64,000 nucleotides of DNA from an uncultured Gemmatimonadales bacterium (GTDB taxonomy: Bacteria > Gemmatimonadota > Gemmatimonadetes > Gemmatimonadales > Gemmatimonadaceae): assembly GCA_963850905.1 (NCBI GenBank), contig CAWKMU010000003.1:2432001-2496000 (forward strand), in the 5' to 3' direction. The stretch's first letter is position 1; every line of letters begins with the position of its first letter. A program made the position numbers and the translations under genes. The notes under the pieces were generated by a model. That model was given only the letters and a program-made list of their open reading frames with translations, did no database searches and was not told the DNA's origin. Positions 31,303 to 42,122 of the stretch are shown piece by piece.

Positions 31303-31440
31303 GGGCGGGCTGAAGCCCGCCCCTACATGTCGGATGGACGGTGAACGTCCGGAGCGCAGCAAGGACGATTCGACGACCGTCGACGAATTCGATTCTTGCG
31401 CCGTACGCAGCAACATGTAGGGGCGGCCTTCAGGCCGCCC
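31303..31440. repeat. GTAG-type REP doublet (family A), copy 3, inverted relative to copy 2
   Basis: GGGCGGGCTGAAGCCCGCCCCTAC ... CGCAGCAACATGTAGGGGCGGCCTTCAGGCCGCCC. Confidence 0.9.
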
Positions 31441-31535
31441 TTTTCGTCGTCGCGGTTTCGTGCCCAAGTCCCGTCCCAGCCACTCGGGCTCAGACTCCCT
31501 CACCTGCAGCCCCTCCCTCCGTTACCTTCCCGAAC

Positions 31536-32906
31536 GTGTTCTCCAAAGTCCTGATTGCCAACCGGGGCGAGATTGCGCTGCGAGTCATTCGCGCGTGTCG
31601 TGAGCTCGGTTTGCAGACGGTCGCGGTGTATTCGGAGGCCGATCGCGACTCGTTGCACGTGCGGTTCGCGGACGATGATGTCTGTATCGGACCGCCGCCG
31701 TCCCGCGATTCGTATCTGAATAGCCCGCGGCTGATCGCCGCGGCCGAGATCACCGGCGCGGACGCGATCCATCCCGGGTATGGCTTCCTGGCAGAGAATG
31801 CGGAATTCGCCGAGACCTGTGTCGCCTCGAATCTGACGTTCATCGGGCCGACCGCCGAGCAGATCCGGGTCATGGGCGACAAGGCAGCCGCGCGAAACGC
31901 GATGGCGGCCGCTGGCGTGCCGATCATCCCGGGTACCCCGGGGCCGGTGGAAGACTCGGATGAGGCGTTGGCCTTTGCCCGGGATATTGGGTTCCCGGTC
32001 ATCATCAAGGCTGCCGCTGGCGGCGGCGGCAAGGGGATGCGGGTTGCGCGTGACGCGGACGACTTTGGCCGCGCGTTCCAGCTCGCGCGATCGGAGGCGC
32101 TGTCCGCGTTCGGCAATGGCGATGTGTACGTGGAGAAATACCTCGCTCGCCCGCGGCACGTCGAGTTCCAGGTGCTGGGCGACACCCATGGCCACGTGAT
32201 TCATTTGGGTGAGCGCGACTGCTCGGTGCAGCGCCGGCACCAGAAGCTCATCGAGGAGTCCCCGAGTCCGGCGGTCACCGAAGAGTTGCGCGCGCGGATG
32301 GGGGAGGCCGCCGTCCGTGGCGCTGCCTCGATCGGATACGTCGGGGCGGGGACCGTCGAGATGCTGCTCGATACCGACGGCTCGTACTATTTCATGGAAA
32401 TGAACACCCGGATCCAGGTTGAGCACCCCGTGACCGAGATGCTGACTGGGGTGGATCTGGTGAAGGAGCAGATCCAGGTGGCCGCGGGCGAGCCGCTCTC
32501 GGTCCGTACGATGCCACCCACTCGGGGGCACGTGATCGAATGTCGTATCAACGCGGAAGATCCGGCCCGAAACTTTCAGCCATCGCCCGGGAAGATCGCC
32601 GTGTTCCACCCGCCTGGCGGCCCGGGTGTGCGGCTCGATACCCATGCCTACGCGGGATATACGATACCGCCGTACTATGACTCGTTGCTCGCCAAGCTGA
32701 TTTGCGAGGGACGCACGCGGCCCGAAGCGCTCCGGCGGATGCAGATCGCGCTCGAGAGTTTCATCATCGAGGGTGTGGCCACGACCATTCCGTTCCTCGC
32801 TCGGGTGATGACCAATCCGCGGTTCGTGGCGGGCGATGTCGATACCAAATTCCTCGAGCGCGAGCCGGACCTGTTCAAGGACCCGCCGGCGGGCGGCCAG
32901 GGCTGA
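31536..32906 (+). CDS. accC: Biotin carboxylase
   Basis: [58 protein letters not shown]. Confidence 0.96.
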   Translation: MFSKVLIANRGEIALRVIRACRELGLQTVAVYSEADRDSLHVRFADDDVCIGPPPSRDSYLNSPRLIAAAEITGADAIHPGYGFLAENAEFAETCVASNLTFIGPTAEQIRVMGDKAAARNAMAAAGVPIIPGTPGPVEDSDEALAFARDIGFPVIIKAAAGGGGKGMRVARDADDFGRAFQLARSEALSAFGNGDVYVEKYLARPRHVEFQVLGDTHGHVIHLGERDCSVQRRHQKLIEESPSPAVTEELRARMGEAAVRGAASIGYVGAGTVEMLLDTDGSYYFMEMNTRIQVEHPVTEMLTGVDLVKEQIQVAAGEPLSVRTMPPTRGHVIECRINAEDPARNFQPSPGKIAVFHPPGGPGVRLDTHAYAGYTIPPYYDSLLAKLICEGRTRPEALRRMQIALESFIIEGVATTIPFLARVMTNPRFVAGDVDTKFLEREPDLFKDPPAGGQG

Positions 32907-32937
32907 CGCGGGCGACCTACAAACGGGGAGGATCGGA

Positions 32938-33684
32938 TTGCGCACGGATGTAGTGCTCGGAGTCCCGGCGGCATCGACCGCCGAGTTCGCGGGGCGGGTG
33001 GTGGCGGTCATCGATGTGCTTCGCGCCTCCACGTCGATTGCCGTCGCGCTCGCGAACGGCGCCAAGACGGTGATCCCGTTCGACAGCGCGGACGAGGCGG
33101 TCCTCCGGTCCAAGAGCTTCGAGCGACCGCTGGTCCGGCTGGCGGGTGAACGCCGGATGCGCCCCATCCCCGGCTTCGACTTGGGGAACTCGCCGCGGGA
33201 CTTCACGCGCGAAGCGGTGGAAGGCAAAACCGTTCTGTTTACGACCACGAATGGCACCGCGGCGCTCCTCGCTGTGCAGAACGCCCGCGACGTGGTCGTG
33301 GCCTCGTACGTGAACTTCACGGCTGTCGTGGCGCTGCTGCGATCGGCACTGCGCGGCGGAACTGACGTCGCGATCCTCTGTGCGGGGCGCGAGCGACAGT
33401 TCTCGCTCGAGGATGCCGCGTGCGCCGGCCGGTATGTCCGGTACATGACGATCCAGCTGCCGGGCGTCGCGCTGAACGATGCGGCGCGGGCGACAGCGAT
33501 CATCGAGCAGGGATACGGCGACGACGTGGGGCGGGTGTTCGCCGAGTCGGAGCACGGTCGCGCGCTTGCCGGGGCAGGCTACGCCGGCGATCTCGAATTC
33601 TGTGCCGCGATCGACTCGTACCCGGTGGTGCCGGTGTATCAGGAGCGTCAGATTACCAAGCTGGGACCAGAGCGGGAGCGTTGA
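32938..33684 (+). CDS. comB: 2-phosphosulfolactate phosphatase family protein
   Basis: VIDVLRASTS, GER, FDLGNSP, TTTNGT, LEDAACAG; TTG start after GGGGAGG. Confidence 0.85.
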   Translation: MRTDVVLGVPAASTAEFAGRVVAVIDVLRASTSIAVALANGAKTVIPFDSADEAVLRSKSFERPLVRLAGERRMRPIPGFDLGNSPRDFTREAVEGKTVLFTTTNGTAALLAVQNARDVVVASYVNFTAVVALLRSALRGGTDVAILCAGRERQFSLEDAACAGRYVRYMTIQLPGVALNDAARATAIIEQGYGDDVGRVFAESEHGRALAGAGYAGDLEFCAAIDSYPVVPVYQERQITKLGPERER

Positions 33685-33695
33685 GGGTGGGAGCG

Positions 33696-36029
33696 ATGGA
33701 CTCGAACGCCGCGCTGTCTCCGCAGGTCAAACGCGAGCTTGCCGGATCGGCGCTGTTGTTGTTCGCGGTGTTTCTGGTTGGCGCGCTCGTGAGCGGCAGC
33801 CACGACGCCGCGACGGGGTGTGCCACGGCCGGAGGATTCTTCGGCCCTGTTGGCTCCTGCTTGCGCGCGGCGCTCACCTTCACGCTCGGTGTGCCAGCGG
33901 CGTTTCTCGCGGCAGCCGTGCCGGCCGTCCATGCGCTCCGCCTGTTTGGGCGGATGCAGGCCGCGGCTGACCGCTCGTGGCTCGTGTTCCTGATTGGTCT
34001 CGTGGTGCTCTTTCCCGTTGGGGCGGCGTTGGCGACCGGTGCGCACCGCGAGATCGGGACCCTGAGCGGCATGTGGGGCAGCGTGGCGGCGTTCTATATG
34101 GTGGCCGCGTTTGGCGCTGTCGGCGCGTGGATCGTGTTTGTCCTTGGGGCGAGTGCATTGACCGCCGCGACGCTGGCGTGGAATCCCTTGCGGCTGATTG
34201 TTGGCCCGGGACGTCGCCGGTCGCTGGCCGTGGCAGGCGCGCAGGCGAACGTCCGGGGCGCAGGCGCGTCGGTGGAGGAGGCCGAGTGGGAGTTTGCCCC
34301 GGAGGCGCTGGCGCCGCCCCCGGACGAGATGCCGGGGATCGATGCGCCTGACCCGGCAGCGGTCGCGCCTGCCGACGCGCGGCGACGGCGGCGTCTGGCG
34401 GCCAAATCCGATGGGGTCAAAGAGGTGAACGTAAAGGTCCCGGATGGCGCGCTGGTGGCCGAGGCCAGCGCCGCCGTGCTGCTCCCACCCATCGATCTGC
34501 TGACGCCGCCGCCGGTGCGCAACCTGGACGTGGGCCGCCGCGAGCTCGATGCGATGGGCACGAAGCTGCTCGATGCGCTGCGCACATTCCGGGTCGAAGG
34601 CGAGCTCGTGGGCCGGACGACAGGGCCCGTGGTGACGCAGTTCGAGATCGTCCCGGCGGCCGGTGTGAAGGTGCGGCAGATCGCGACGCTGGCGAATGAT
34701 CTGGCGCTCGCGATGCGAGCGCCGAGCATTCGCATCGTCGCGCCGATCCCGGGGAAGGGAGCCGTGGGGGTCGAGGTGCCGAACCCCTCGGCCGAAGTCG
34801 TCGCCTTCCGGGAGCTCGTGGAGTCACGGGAATTTCAGGGGGCGCGTGCGGCGCTGCCGATTGGGCTTGGCAAGGATCTCGAGGGTCGGTCCGTCGTTGC
34901 CGATCTCGCCAAGATGCCGCACCTGCTCATTGCCGGTGCGACCGGGTCCGGGAAGTCCGTGTGTATCAATACGCTGATTACCAGCTTGATCTATCGGCAT
35001 ACGCCGGAGACCCTGCGGTTCCTGATGGTCGACCCGAAGATGGTCGAGCTGTCGGTGTACAACGCGCTCCCGCATCTCCGCCACAAAGTGATTACGGACA
35101 ATCGGGACGCGGCGTCGGTGCTCAAGTGGGCACTGATGGAGATGCAGGAGCGCTATGAGCTGCTCGCGGCCAACGGGTGCCGCAACATGCAGGAGTTCAA
35201 CCAGCGCCTGCGCGATGGCGCCACGCTGCTGACGCCGCAGAAGCCGGACGTCGCGTTCGAGGAGCGGACGTATCGGCGCGGCACGCTGCCGTACATCGTG
35301 CTCGTGATCGATGAGCTGGCCGATCTCATGATGACGGTGCAGGGGGAGATCGAGACGCCGCTGGCGTTGCTCGCGCAGAAAGCGCGCGCGATCGGGATCC
35401 ATCTGATCCTGGCGACGCAGCGTCCGAGCGTGAACGTCATCACCGGATTGATCAAGGCGAACTTCCCCAGCCGGATCGCCTTCCGTGTAGCGTCGCAGGT
35501 CGACAGCCGGACCATTCTGGACGGGATTGGAGCCGAAGCGCTGCTGGGGAACGGCGACATGCTGTTCATACCGCCGGGGAAGTCGGAGCCCGCGCGCTTG
35601 CAGGGCGCGTTCATTACCGGTGATGAGACCGAGCGGCTCATCGGATGGTACGATGCACAGCGTGAGCTGCGTCGCCGCGCGCGCGGGCTGGATGTCGCGG
35701 CGCCGGACGGCCCGGTCGAGGACGATGTGCTCGAGGCCGTGCGCCGCTATGAGGCGGAGCACGCGAATGGCGAGGCCGGTGACGGCGACTCGGCACGTCC
35801 GGGCGAGCGGGACCTCCTGTTTCGCGAGGCGGCGGAGGTCGTCATTCACCATCAGCAAGGATCAACCTCGCTTCTTCAGCGGCGGCTCAAGGTCGGCTAC
35901 GGCCGCGCCGCGCGTATCATCGATCAACTGCAGGCGGCCGGTGTCCTCGGGCCGCAGGATGGCTCGAAGCCACGCGACGTGATGGTGGGACTGGAGGACT
36001 TGCCACGAATCTGTGGCCGGGGCTCGTGA
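33696..36029 (+). CDS. ftsK: DNA translocase FtsK
   Basis: N-terminal transmembrane helices, MPHLLIAGATGSGKS, IDELADLM, ATQRPS, gamma domain LQRRLKVGYGRAAR. Confidence 0.96.
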   Translation: MDSNAALSPQVKRELAGSALLLFAVFLVGALVSGSHDAATGCATAGGFFGPVGSCLRAALTFTLGVPAAFLAAAVPAVHALRLFGRMQAAADRSWLVFLIGLVVLFPVGAALATGAHREIGTLSGMWGSVAAFYMVAAFGAVGAWIVFVLGASALTAATLAWNPLRLIVGPGRRRSLAVAGAQANVRGAGASVEEAEWEFAPEALAPPPDEMPGIDAPDPAAVAPADARRRRRLAAKSDGVKEVNVKVPDGALVAEASAAVLLPPIDLLTPPPVRNLDVGRRELDAMGTKLLDALRTFRVEGELVGRTTGPVVTQFEIVPAAGVKVRQIATLANDLALAMRAPSIRIVAPIPGKGAVGVEVPNPSAEVVAFRELVESREFQGARAALPIGLGKDLEGRSVVADLAKMPHLLIAGATGSGKSVCINTLITSLIYRHTPETLRFLMVDPKMVELSVYNALPHLRHKVITDNRDAASVLKWALMEMQERYELLAANGCRNMQEFNQRLRDGATLLTPQKPDVAFEERTYRRGTLPYIVLVIDELADLMMTVQGEIETPLALLAQKARAIGIHLILATQRPSVNVITGLIKANFPSRIAFRVASQVDSRTILDGIGAEALLGNGDMLFIPPGKSEPARLQGAFITGDETERLIGWYDAQRELRRRARGLDVAAPDGPVEDDVLEAVRRYEAEHANGEAGDGDSARPGERDLLFREAAEVVIHHQQGSTSLLQRRLKVGYGRAARIIDQLQAAGVLGPQDGSKPRDVMVGLEDLPRICGRGS

Positions 36030-36950
36030 CAGGCGCTCCCGCGTCCGTCGTGCGCCGCCTGGGCCGGATCGTGCCGGTCGGCGCGCGCATCCAGCTACAG
36101 CAGCTGTGGTGTCGGGCTGAGGCTCTGCGCGCACGTCGGCGCTGGCATGAGGCGACGGCAACCGGACCCCTCGACGCTGGTCTACTGCCCGTCTTCGCGG
36201 AGCGCTACCCCGTGAGGCCGTCGACGTACAATTACGCGCCGGACGATCTGCTCGCGCGGGGTCTCGAGCGATATGCGCAACTGGCACCGGACCTGGGGGC
36301 CAAGTCGTCGACACTGGAGATCGGGTCGGCCGATGGTATGACTGCCGCCACGCTCGCGCAGCACGGCCATGAGGCAACCGCGATCGATATCGACATCAGC
36401 CGGACCGACCCGCGCGTGCGCGCGGCCGGGGTACGCGTCATCGAGATGGACGCGACGCGGCTCGACTTCCCAGATGCCAGCTTCGACTTGGTGTACAGTT
36501 TCAATGTGTTCGAGCATTTGCCAGACCCGGCGGCCACGTTCGGCGAGATCACCCGCGTCCTGAAGCCTGGTGGCGCTGCCGTTATCAGCTTCACGGGACT
36601 TCGGTGGTCGCCGCACGGCGCGCACCTGTACAAGGCAATCGGAGTGCCGTACGTGACGGTGCTATTCGATGAGCGGGATGTGACGACGTACTTGCGGTCG
36701 AAGGGTCACGCTGTGTCTGCGCCGTGGGTGAACGACTACTCGATCGAGCAATTCCGGACCATGTTCGGTGCCCACGCCGGCAGCTATAGCCAGTGGCGGT
36801 ATGTTGAGATTCGCAATCAGATGGCACGCGCGGCTGATTGCGGAGGAGGCAGGCGCATTTAAGGCACGCGCCCCGTCTTTTGACTCGCTGTTGGCTGAAT
36901 CCGTGCGTGTGTGCGGCCGGAAGCGAGGCGATGTCGGACCGCGGCGCTGA
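36026..36950 (+). CDS. Class I SAM-dependent methyltransferase (probable frameshift near 36820)
   Basis: LEIGSADG, FDLVYSFNVFEH, RVLKPGG. The frame stops at 36862, but a plausible C-terminus continues in another frame to 36950. Confidence 0.75.
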
Positions 36951-38592
36951 TCCCAGGACGCCCTACGGACGGAGTGCGGGCCGCTGGCCCAGTTTCGATA
37001 GGGTCGCGATAGCCATTGCGGCCGCTGCGGCCGCCGCGACTGTTGCGGTGATCGGGTGGGGCACGCGGCCCGTCGGTCCCGGCCTCTATGGTGACGGTGC
37101 GGCCTACCTCAGTGCAGCGGAATCCATCGTTCGATCCGGTCACCTGTCGGTGATTGGCGCGCCATACTGGAGCAACGACTCCTTGATGCCAATGCGGCAG
37201 TGGCCGCCTGGTTTCTCGATTGCCATAGCTGCACCGCTTCGAGCCGGCTTCAGTCTCATGACTGCAGCTGTATTCGTCCAGATGGTTGCGGCAGCAGTGA
37301 TCGCAGTGCTAACGGCGCTAATGGTCGCTCGGCTCTTGAGCCCCGGCTGGGCCGCCCTTACGGCACTGGCCATCCTCGTGACGCCTGCGGTTCTGCGAAC
37401 AGAGATGAACATCGTAAGTGAGCCTCTCTATACTGCGTGCCTCGCGACTCTATTGGCCCTCATGACTTGGCGTCCCACGCGCCCGCTCCTGTCAGGCCTC
37501 CTCGCGGCCGCGATGGTGATGATTCGATACTTGGGAATCGCCGCTGTAGCGGGTGCCGGACTGTGGGCCTTGATTCAACCTGCTCGTCCGGGCCAGAGAA
37601 TCCGCCGAGCCCTGACGGCTTTCGTGCCTGGTGTGGCGGCCTACGAGGCCTGGTCGCTGGTCGTCCGGCACTCGGGTGGAACCATCGGCTCGGGTGTGCT
37701 CGACCGTCAGGTTGGCCCGATCGTCCGTGCATTCGTTGGCTCCGTCGGGAGTTGGCTCGCGCCATGGGCCAATGGCGTGTCATCGCTGCACGTCGGGGCG
37801 AAGGTGTGTATCCTTGCACTGGCTGCCGCTTCGCTGCTCCTAGCGCACAGATCACGCGCGCACGATGAGGCACGCCGTTTGGCCGACGCGGACGACGCCT
37901 CCCTCCGCACGACACGCGCCCGGTTCATGAAGGCCGCTTCGGTGCTTGCGCTGTGCCATCTCGCGGTATTGCTGGTGGCCAGGGTCCTGACTTCGAGCGT
38001 GGAGTTCAGCGCGCGGACGTTCGCCCCGGTGTACTACCTCTTCACTCTCATGGGCGTCGTCGCGGTAGGAATCGCTTGGTCTGCAAGGGGGCGGGTGCGC
38101 GGCCTCGCTGTTGCGGCAGCCACCGTTTGGCTCGTGGGTGGAATCGCGGCCACCAGGCAGGTATGGCACGAGGCGCGAATAGTCGGGCTGGACCACGCCC
38201 GCACTGAGGAGCGCTCGTCAGCTACGATTGCGTGGCTGGCCGCACACGCCAATGGCATGCCGATCTACACAAACGAGCCAGCGAAGATCTACTTCCACCT
38301 ACGCCGGGCCGCGCGGAGTCTTCCATGGATTGTCACGGCTGACACGCTTCGGCACCTCCGTGAGGTGCTGAGTCAGCGCCCCGGCTACGTCGTGTGGTTC
38401 GCTGGCGGCCTACCATCGGCGTACGTGCCCCGGCCGCTACTCGCGAACGCTATCTCCCTCGACAAGCTAAGACTTGGCGCTCGGCTCAGTGACGTGATCC
38501 ACCTCGACGACGGCGATATCATGGTCCGAGACACCGCCGTCTCAAAGGTTGCATCATGCTGCCTGATCCAGACGGCGGGCTCACCGCCGTAG
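36931..38592 (+). CDS. Polytopic membrane protein, GT-C (ArnT/PMT-like) glycosyltransferase candidate
   Basis: Many hydrophobic helices; loop motifs GDGAAY, WPPGF, SEPLY; ATG at 36931. Confidence 0.55.
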   Translation: MSDRGADPRTPYGRSAGRWPSFDRVAIAIAAAAAAATVAVIGWGTRPVGPGLYGDGAAYLSAAESIVRSGHLSVIGAPYWSNDSLMPMRQWPPGFSIAIAAPLRAGFSLMTAAVFVQMVAAAVIAVLTALMVARLLSPGWAALTALAILVTPAVLRTEMNIVSEPLYTACLATLLALMTWRPTRPLLSGLLAAAMVMIRYLGIAAVAGAGLWALIQPARPGQRIRRALTAFVPGVAAYEAWSLVVRHSGGTIGSGVLDRQVGPIVRAFVGSVGSWLAPWANGVSSLHVGAKVCILALAAASLLLAHRSRAHDEARRLADADDASLRTTRARFMKAASVLALCHLAVLLVARVLTSSVEFSARTFAPVYYLFTLMGVVAVGIAWSARGRVRGLAVAAATVWLVGGIAATRQVWHEARIVGLDHARTEERSSATIAWLAAHANGMPIYTNEPAKIYFHLRRAARSLPWIVTADTLRHLREVLSQRPGYVVWFAGGLPSAYVPRPLLANAISLDKLRLGARLSDVIHLDDGDIMVRDTAVSKVASCCLIQTAGSPP

Positions 38593-39621
38593 TGAAATCC
38601 CGGCACGCTCCGAGAGGGCTGAGATCTCGTCTGCTGGTCGTGAGGTGAGCAGGAAATTCCAATACCCCAGGGTGTGGACCGCAGCCAGATCCGCGGTCAC
38701 TCGGACTGGCGCGAGCGAACCCGGACCTATGTAGTAGGCGTACAGCCCACAGCTATTGACACGCTCGATCACTCGCTCGTGCTCGATCGCGTGTCCGAGA
38801 AATTCCATGATAATGTCGGGACGGCGGCCGCGACTACGGAGTGTGCGTTCCATGCCGTCGAGCGCCGACCGCTCAAAGCCCTCGACGTCGATCTTCAGTA
38901 CGGTGCGGTCCGGCGACACGCCCGAGTCGGCCAACAGATCATCGATCGGCACCATGGAGATCGGTACGGTTTCGTGTTCACGTCCGGCAACTCGACCAAT
39001 TTCCAATGTGTGCTCGGTATCGGCATCGGGAAGGATGTACATCACCGACTGGCCGCGCGCAGCGCCGGCTGCCTGTCGCGAGATTGAGACTCTCGACTCC
39101 CAGCCGTTCCGTCGCACGTTCTCGACGATCAGGTCCGCGAGCGACGGTACCGGCTCGAGGCTAATGACACGTGCGCGCGGTAGGCTCGCCGCCACCAGAT
39201 AGGTAAAGAAGCCGACATTCGCGCCGACGTCGACGACGAGCGCGGCGTTTCGTGCTAGCTCGATCAGGAGGGCGGCCGTGGTCGCGTCGGCCGTGCCGAT
39301 TCCCGGACACAAGAGCAACTCCACGCACCCCGAGTACGCTAGGTCGAGGCGCAGGGAAGCACGGTTGCCACCGCCGAATGTGCGAGTGACGTTCACAACC
39401 GTTCTGGGACGGGTTGCCGTTGTCCGCGCGACGGCACTCGCGCCAATGTGCTGCGCCACCAATCGGTGTCGAGACAAGAACCCGATCAACCTGACCATGG
39501 GGCCGGCCACGGGGCCATTGCCAATCGCGCCGAGCAGATAACCTGCGCTGCGTCGCAACGGGCTGGATCCAGCTGCTACCGGCGACAGGTCACGCGGTCG
39601 TGCCGAGCAATCAGGGTTCAT
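38581..39621 (-). CDS. FkbM-family methyltransferase
   Basis: VDVGANVGFF, SLEPVP, LKIDVEGFE. Start uncertain; the ORF is open to 39726. Confidence 0.85.
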   Translation of the reverse strand: MNPDCSARPRDLSPVAAGSSPLRRSAGYLLGAIGNGPVAGPMVRLIGFLSRHRLVAQHIGASAVARTTATRPRTVVNVTRTFGGGNRASLRLDLAYSGCVELLLCPGIGTADATTAALLIELARNAALVVDVGANVGFFTYLVAASLPRARVISLEPVPSLADLIVENVRRNGWESRVSISRQAAGAARGQSVMYILPDADTEHTLEIGRVAGREHETVPISMVPIDDLLADSGVSPDRTVLKIDVEGFERSALDGMERTLRSRGRRPDIIMEFLGHAIEHERVIERVNSCGLYAYYIGPGSLAPVRVTADLAAVHTLGYWNFLLTSRPADEISALSERAGISLRR

Positions 39622-39705
39622 GCGAACGCGGACTCCGAGACGAAGCCTTTCGAAGGTGCTCGACGAAAATGACGGCTCGGCGACGCCAGGGGCAAACAAT
39701 GACTC

Positions 39706-40077
39706 GTGAGAACACGCCCGCAGCAACTCGGTGTCCTGGGCGAGTCACTGGCCGAGCGATGGATGGCCAAGCGCGGCTGGCGAGTCGTTGCCCGCCGGTT
39801 TCGGGTCGGCCATCGTGATATCGATCTCATTGTTCAGCGCGAGGAGACTGTGGCATTCGTCGAGGTCAAAACGCGTCGCCGAGCCTACTTCGGGGGGCCG
39901 ATCAGCGCGGTGAGCGTCCGGAAACGGCGGCACCTGTCCCACGCCGCTACGATCTGGATCGATCGATACGGGCAGCCCGGCCTGGAGTACCGGTTCGACG
40001 TGATTGGCGTGCTGGTAGGTGGGGGGCTAGTCCGGATCCTCCACGCGGAAAACGCGTTCGCGGCGTGTGCTCGCTGA
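39706..40077 (+). CDS. yraN: YraN/UPF0102 family endonuclease-like protein
   Basis: [20 protein letters not shown]. Confidence 0.88.
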   Translation: MRTRPQQLGVLGESLAERWMAKRGWRVVARRFRVGHRDIDLIVQREETVAFVEVKTRRRAYFGGPISAVSVRKRRHLSHAATIWIDRYGQPGLEYRFDVIGVLVGGGLVRILHAENAFAACAR

Positions 40078-40183
40078 CGCCTGGGTGACGTGGCCACCCC
40101 AACCTGTCCAGACTGAGCCGCGGTCCGCTCGGACGGGACGAGCACCGCAAGGCGAGCTGATCAGTAATGTTGGAACCCGCGCA

Positions 40184-40246
40184 CCGAGAAGAACTCGTGC
40201 GTTGATTTCGGACCGGCGCTTTCGTATTTTGTTCGGGCCATATATT
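40184..40246 (+). promoter_or_regulatory. recA promoter region: -10 box plus two related imperfect palindromes
   Basis: TATATT at 40241-40246; CCGAG-AAGAA-CTCGT at 40184-40198; TCGTA-TTTTG-TTCGG at 40222-40236. Confidence 0.4.
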
Positions 40247-40270
40247 TCACGCTCACTCGAGGGCCCTTTC

Positions 40271-41329
<1,059 letters not shown>

Positions 41330-41476
41330 GGCGCGCCACCCGATGCGTCGCCGGTTAGGTCGAGGCCGGATGGGAGCTATGCGTATTGGGCGGGGCCCGG
41401 ATTCCCCGTCTTGCATGCACAGCGACTGTCCGGCCTCTCCTCGTGTCGACACGCGGTGGATGAGGGGGACACCATC

Positions 41477-42010
41477 GTGACGGAACGGTCAGGACCACGA
41501 GACGTGTCGAGACGGCGGACAGCCGCTCCCAGTGCTCCGAAACGCCCAGTCGACACGTACGAAGACGCGCTGCGGATGCTCGAACGGTGCGCCCGCACCA
41601 CGGCTGAGCTCAGACAACGGCTCGCGCGGCGTCGGCACCCCGCGCCCGCAATAGAGGCGGCCATCCGTCGGCTCGTCGATGTCGGCCTGCTGAACGACGA
41701 CGCGTACGGCCGCCAATTCGCGCGAACTCGACTGGCGGCGGGGCGCACGGCACCCGCGCGAGTAGAACGCGAGCTGGTGCGACGAGGCATCGATCGCCAG
41801 ACCGCGGCGGCTGCGCTGCAGGAGGTTCTGTCGGAGGATGCCGTCGACGTCGTGACGATCCTCGACGACACCGTACGTCGACGGGCGGCCGCGCTGGCCA
41901 CGCTCGACGCCCGCACGCGCCGGCGCCGACTCTATGCCTACTTGGCGCGCCGAGGGTTCGACCCCGACGAGATCCGGCGCGCCCTGGAACGGCTCGCAGG
42001 GGCGGAATAG
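41477..42010 (+). CDS. recX: Regulatory protein RecX
   Basis: Follows rec[22 protein letters not shown]. Confidence 0.85.
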   Translation: MTERSGPRDVSRRRTAAPSAPKRPVDTYEDALRMLERCARTTAELRQRLARRRHPAPAIEAAIRRLVDVGLLNDDAYGRQFARTRLAAGRTAPARVERELVRRGIDRQTAAAALQEVLSEDAVDVVTILDDTVRRRAAALATLDARTRRRRLYAYLARRGFDPDEIRRALERLAGAE

Positions 42011-42122
42011 TGCACACCGGCGTCATCCCGCTCCCGACTCCAATGCCGGCGGCAGGGGGACGGTCGTCGCAGTTTGCTCCGGAACCCGAAACCCGGACCC
42101 CGGTCCCTTTTATATTCGACGC

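Noticed and set aside
10667..31440. Repeats as a CRISPR array
   Set aside because: They are dispersed inverted pairs, not direct repeats with regular unique spacers, and there are no cas genes.
31500..33503. 667-aa minus-strand ORF and similar long antisense ORFs (e.g. 29957-31093, 15554-16750, 13711-14865)
   Set aside because: They shadow well-supported plus-strand genes, show no motifs, and are expected in high-GC DNA.
32938..33684. comB as evidence of coenzyme M synthesis
   Set aside because: ComB-family phosphatases are common in bacteria, and no comA, comC or comDE genes are present here.
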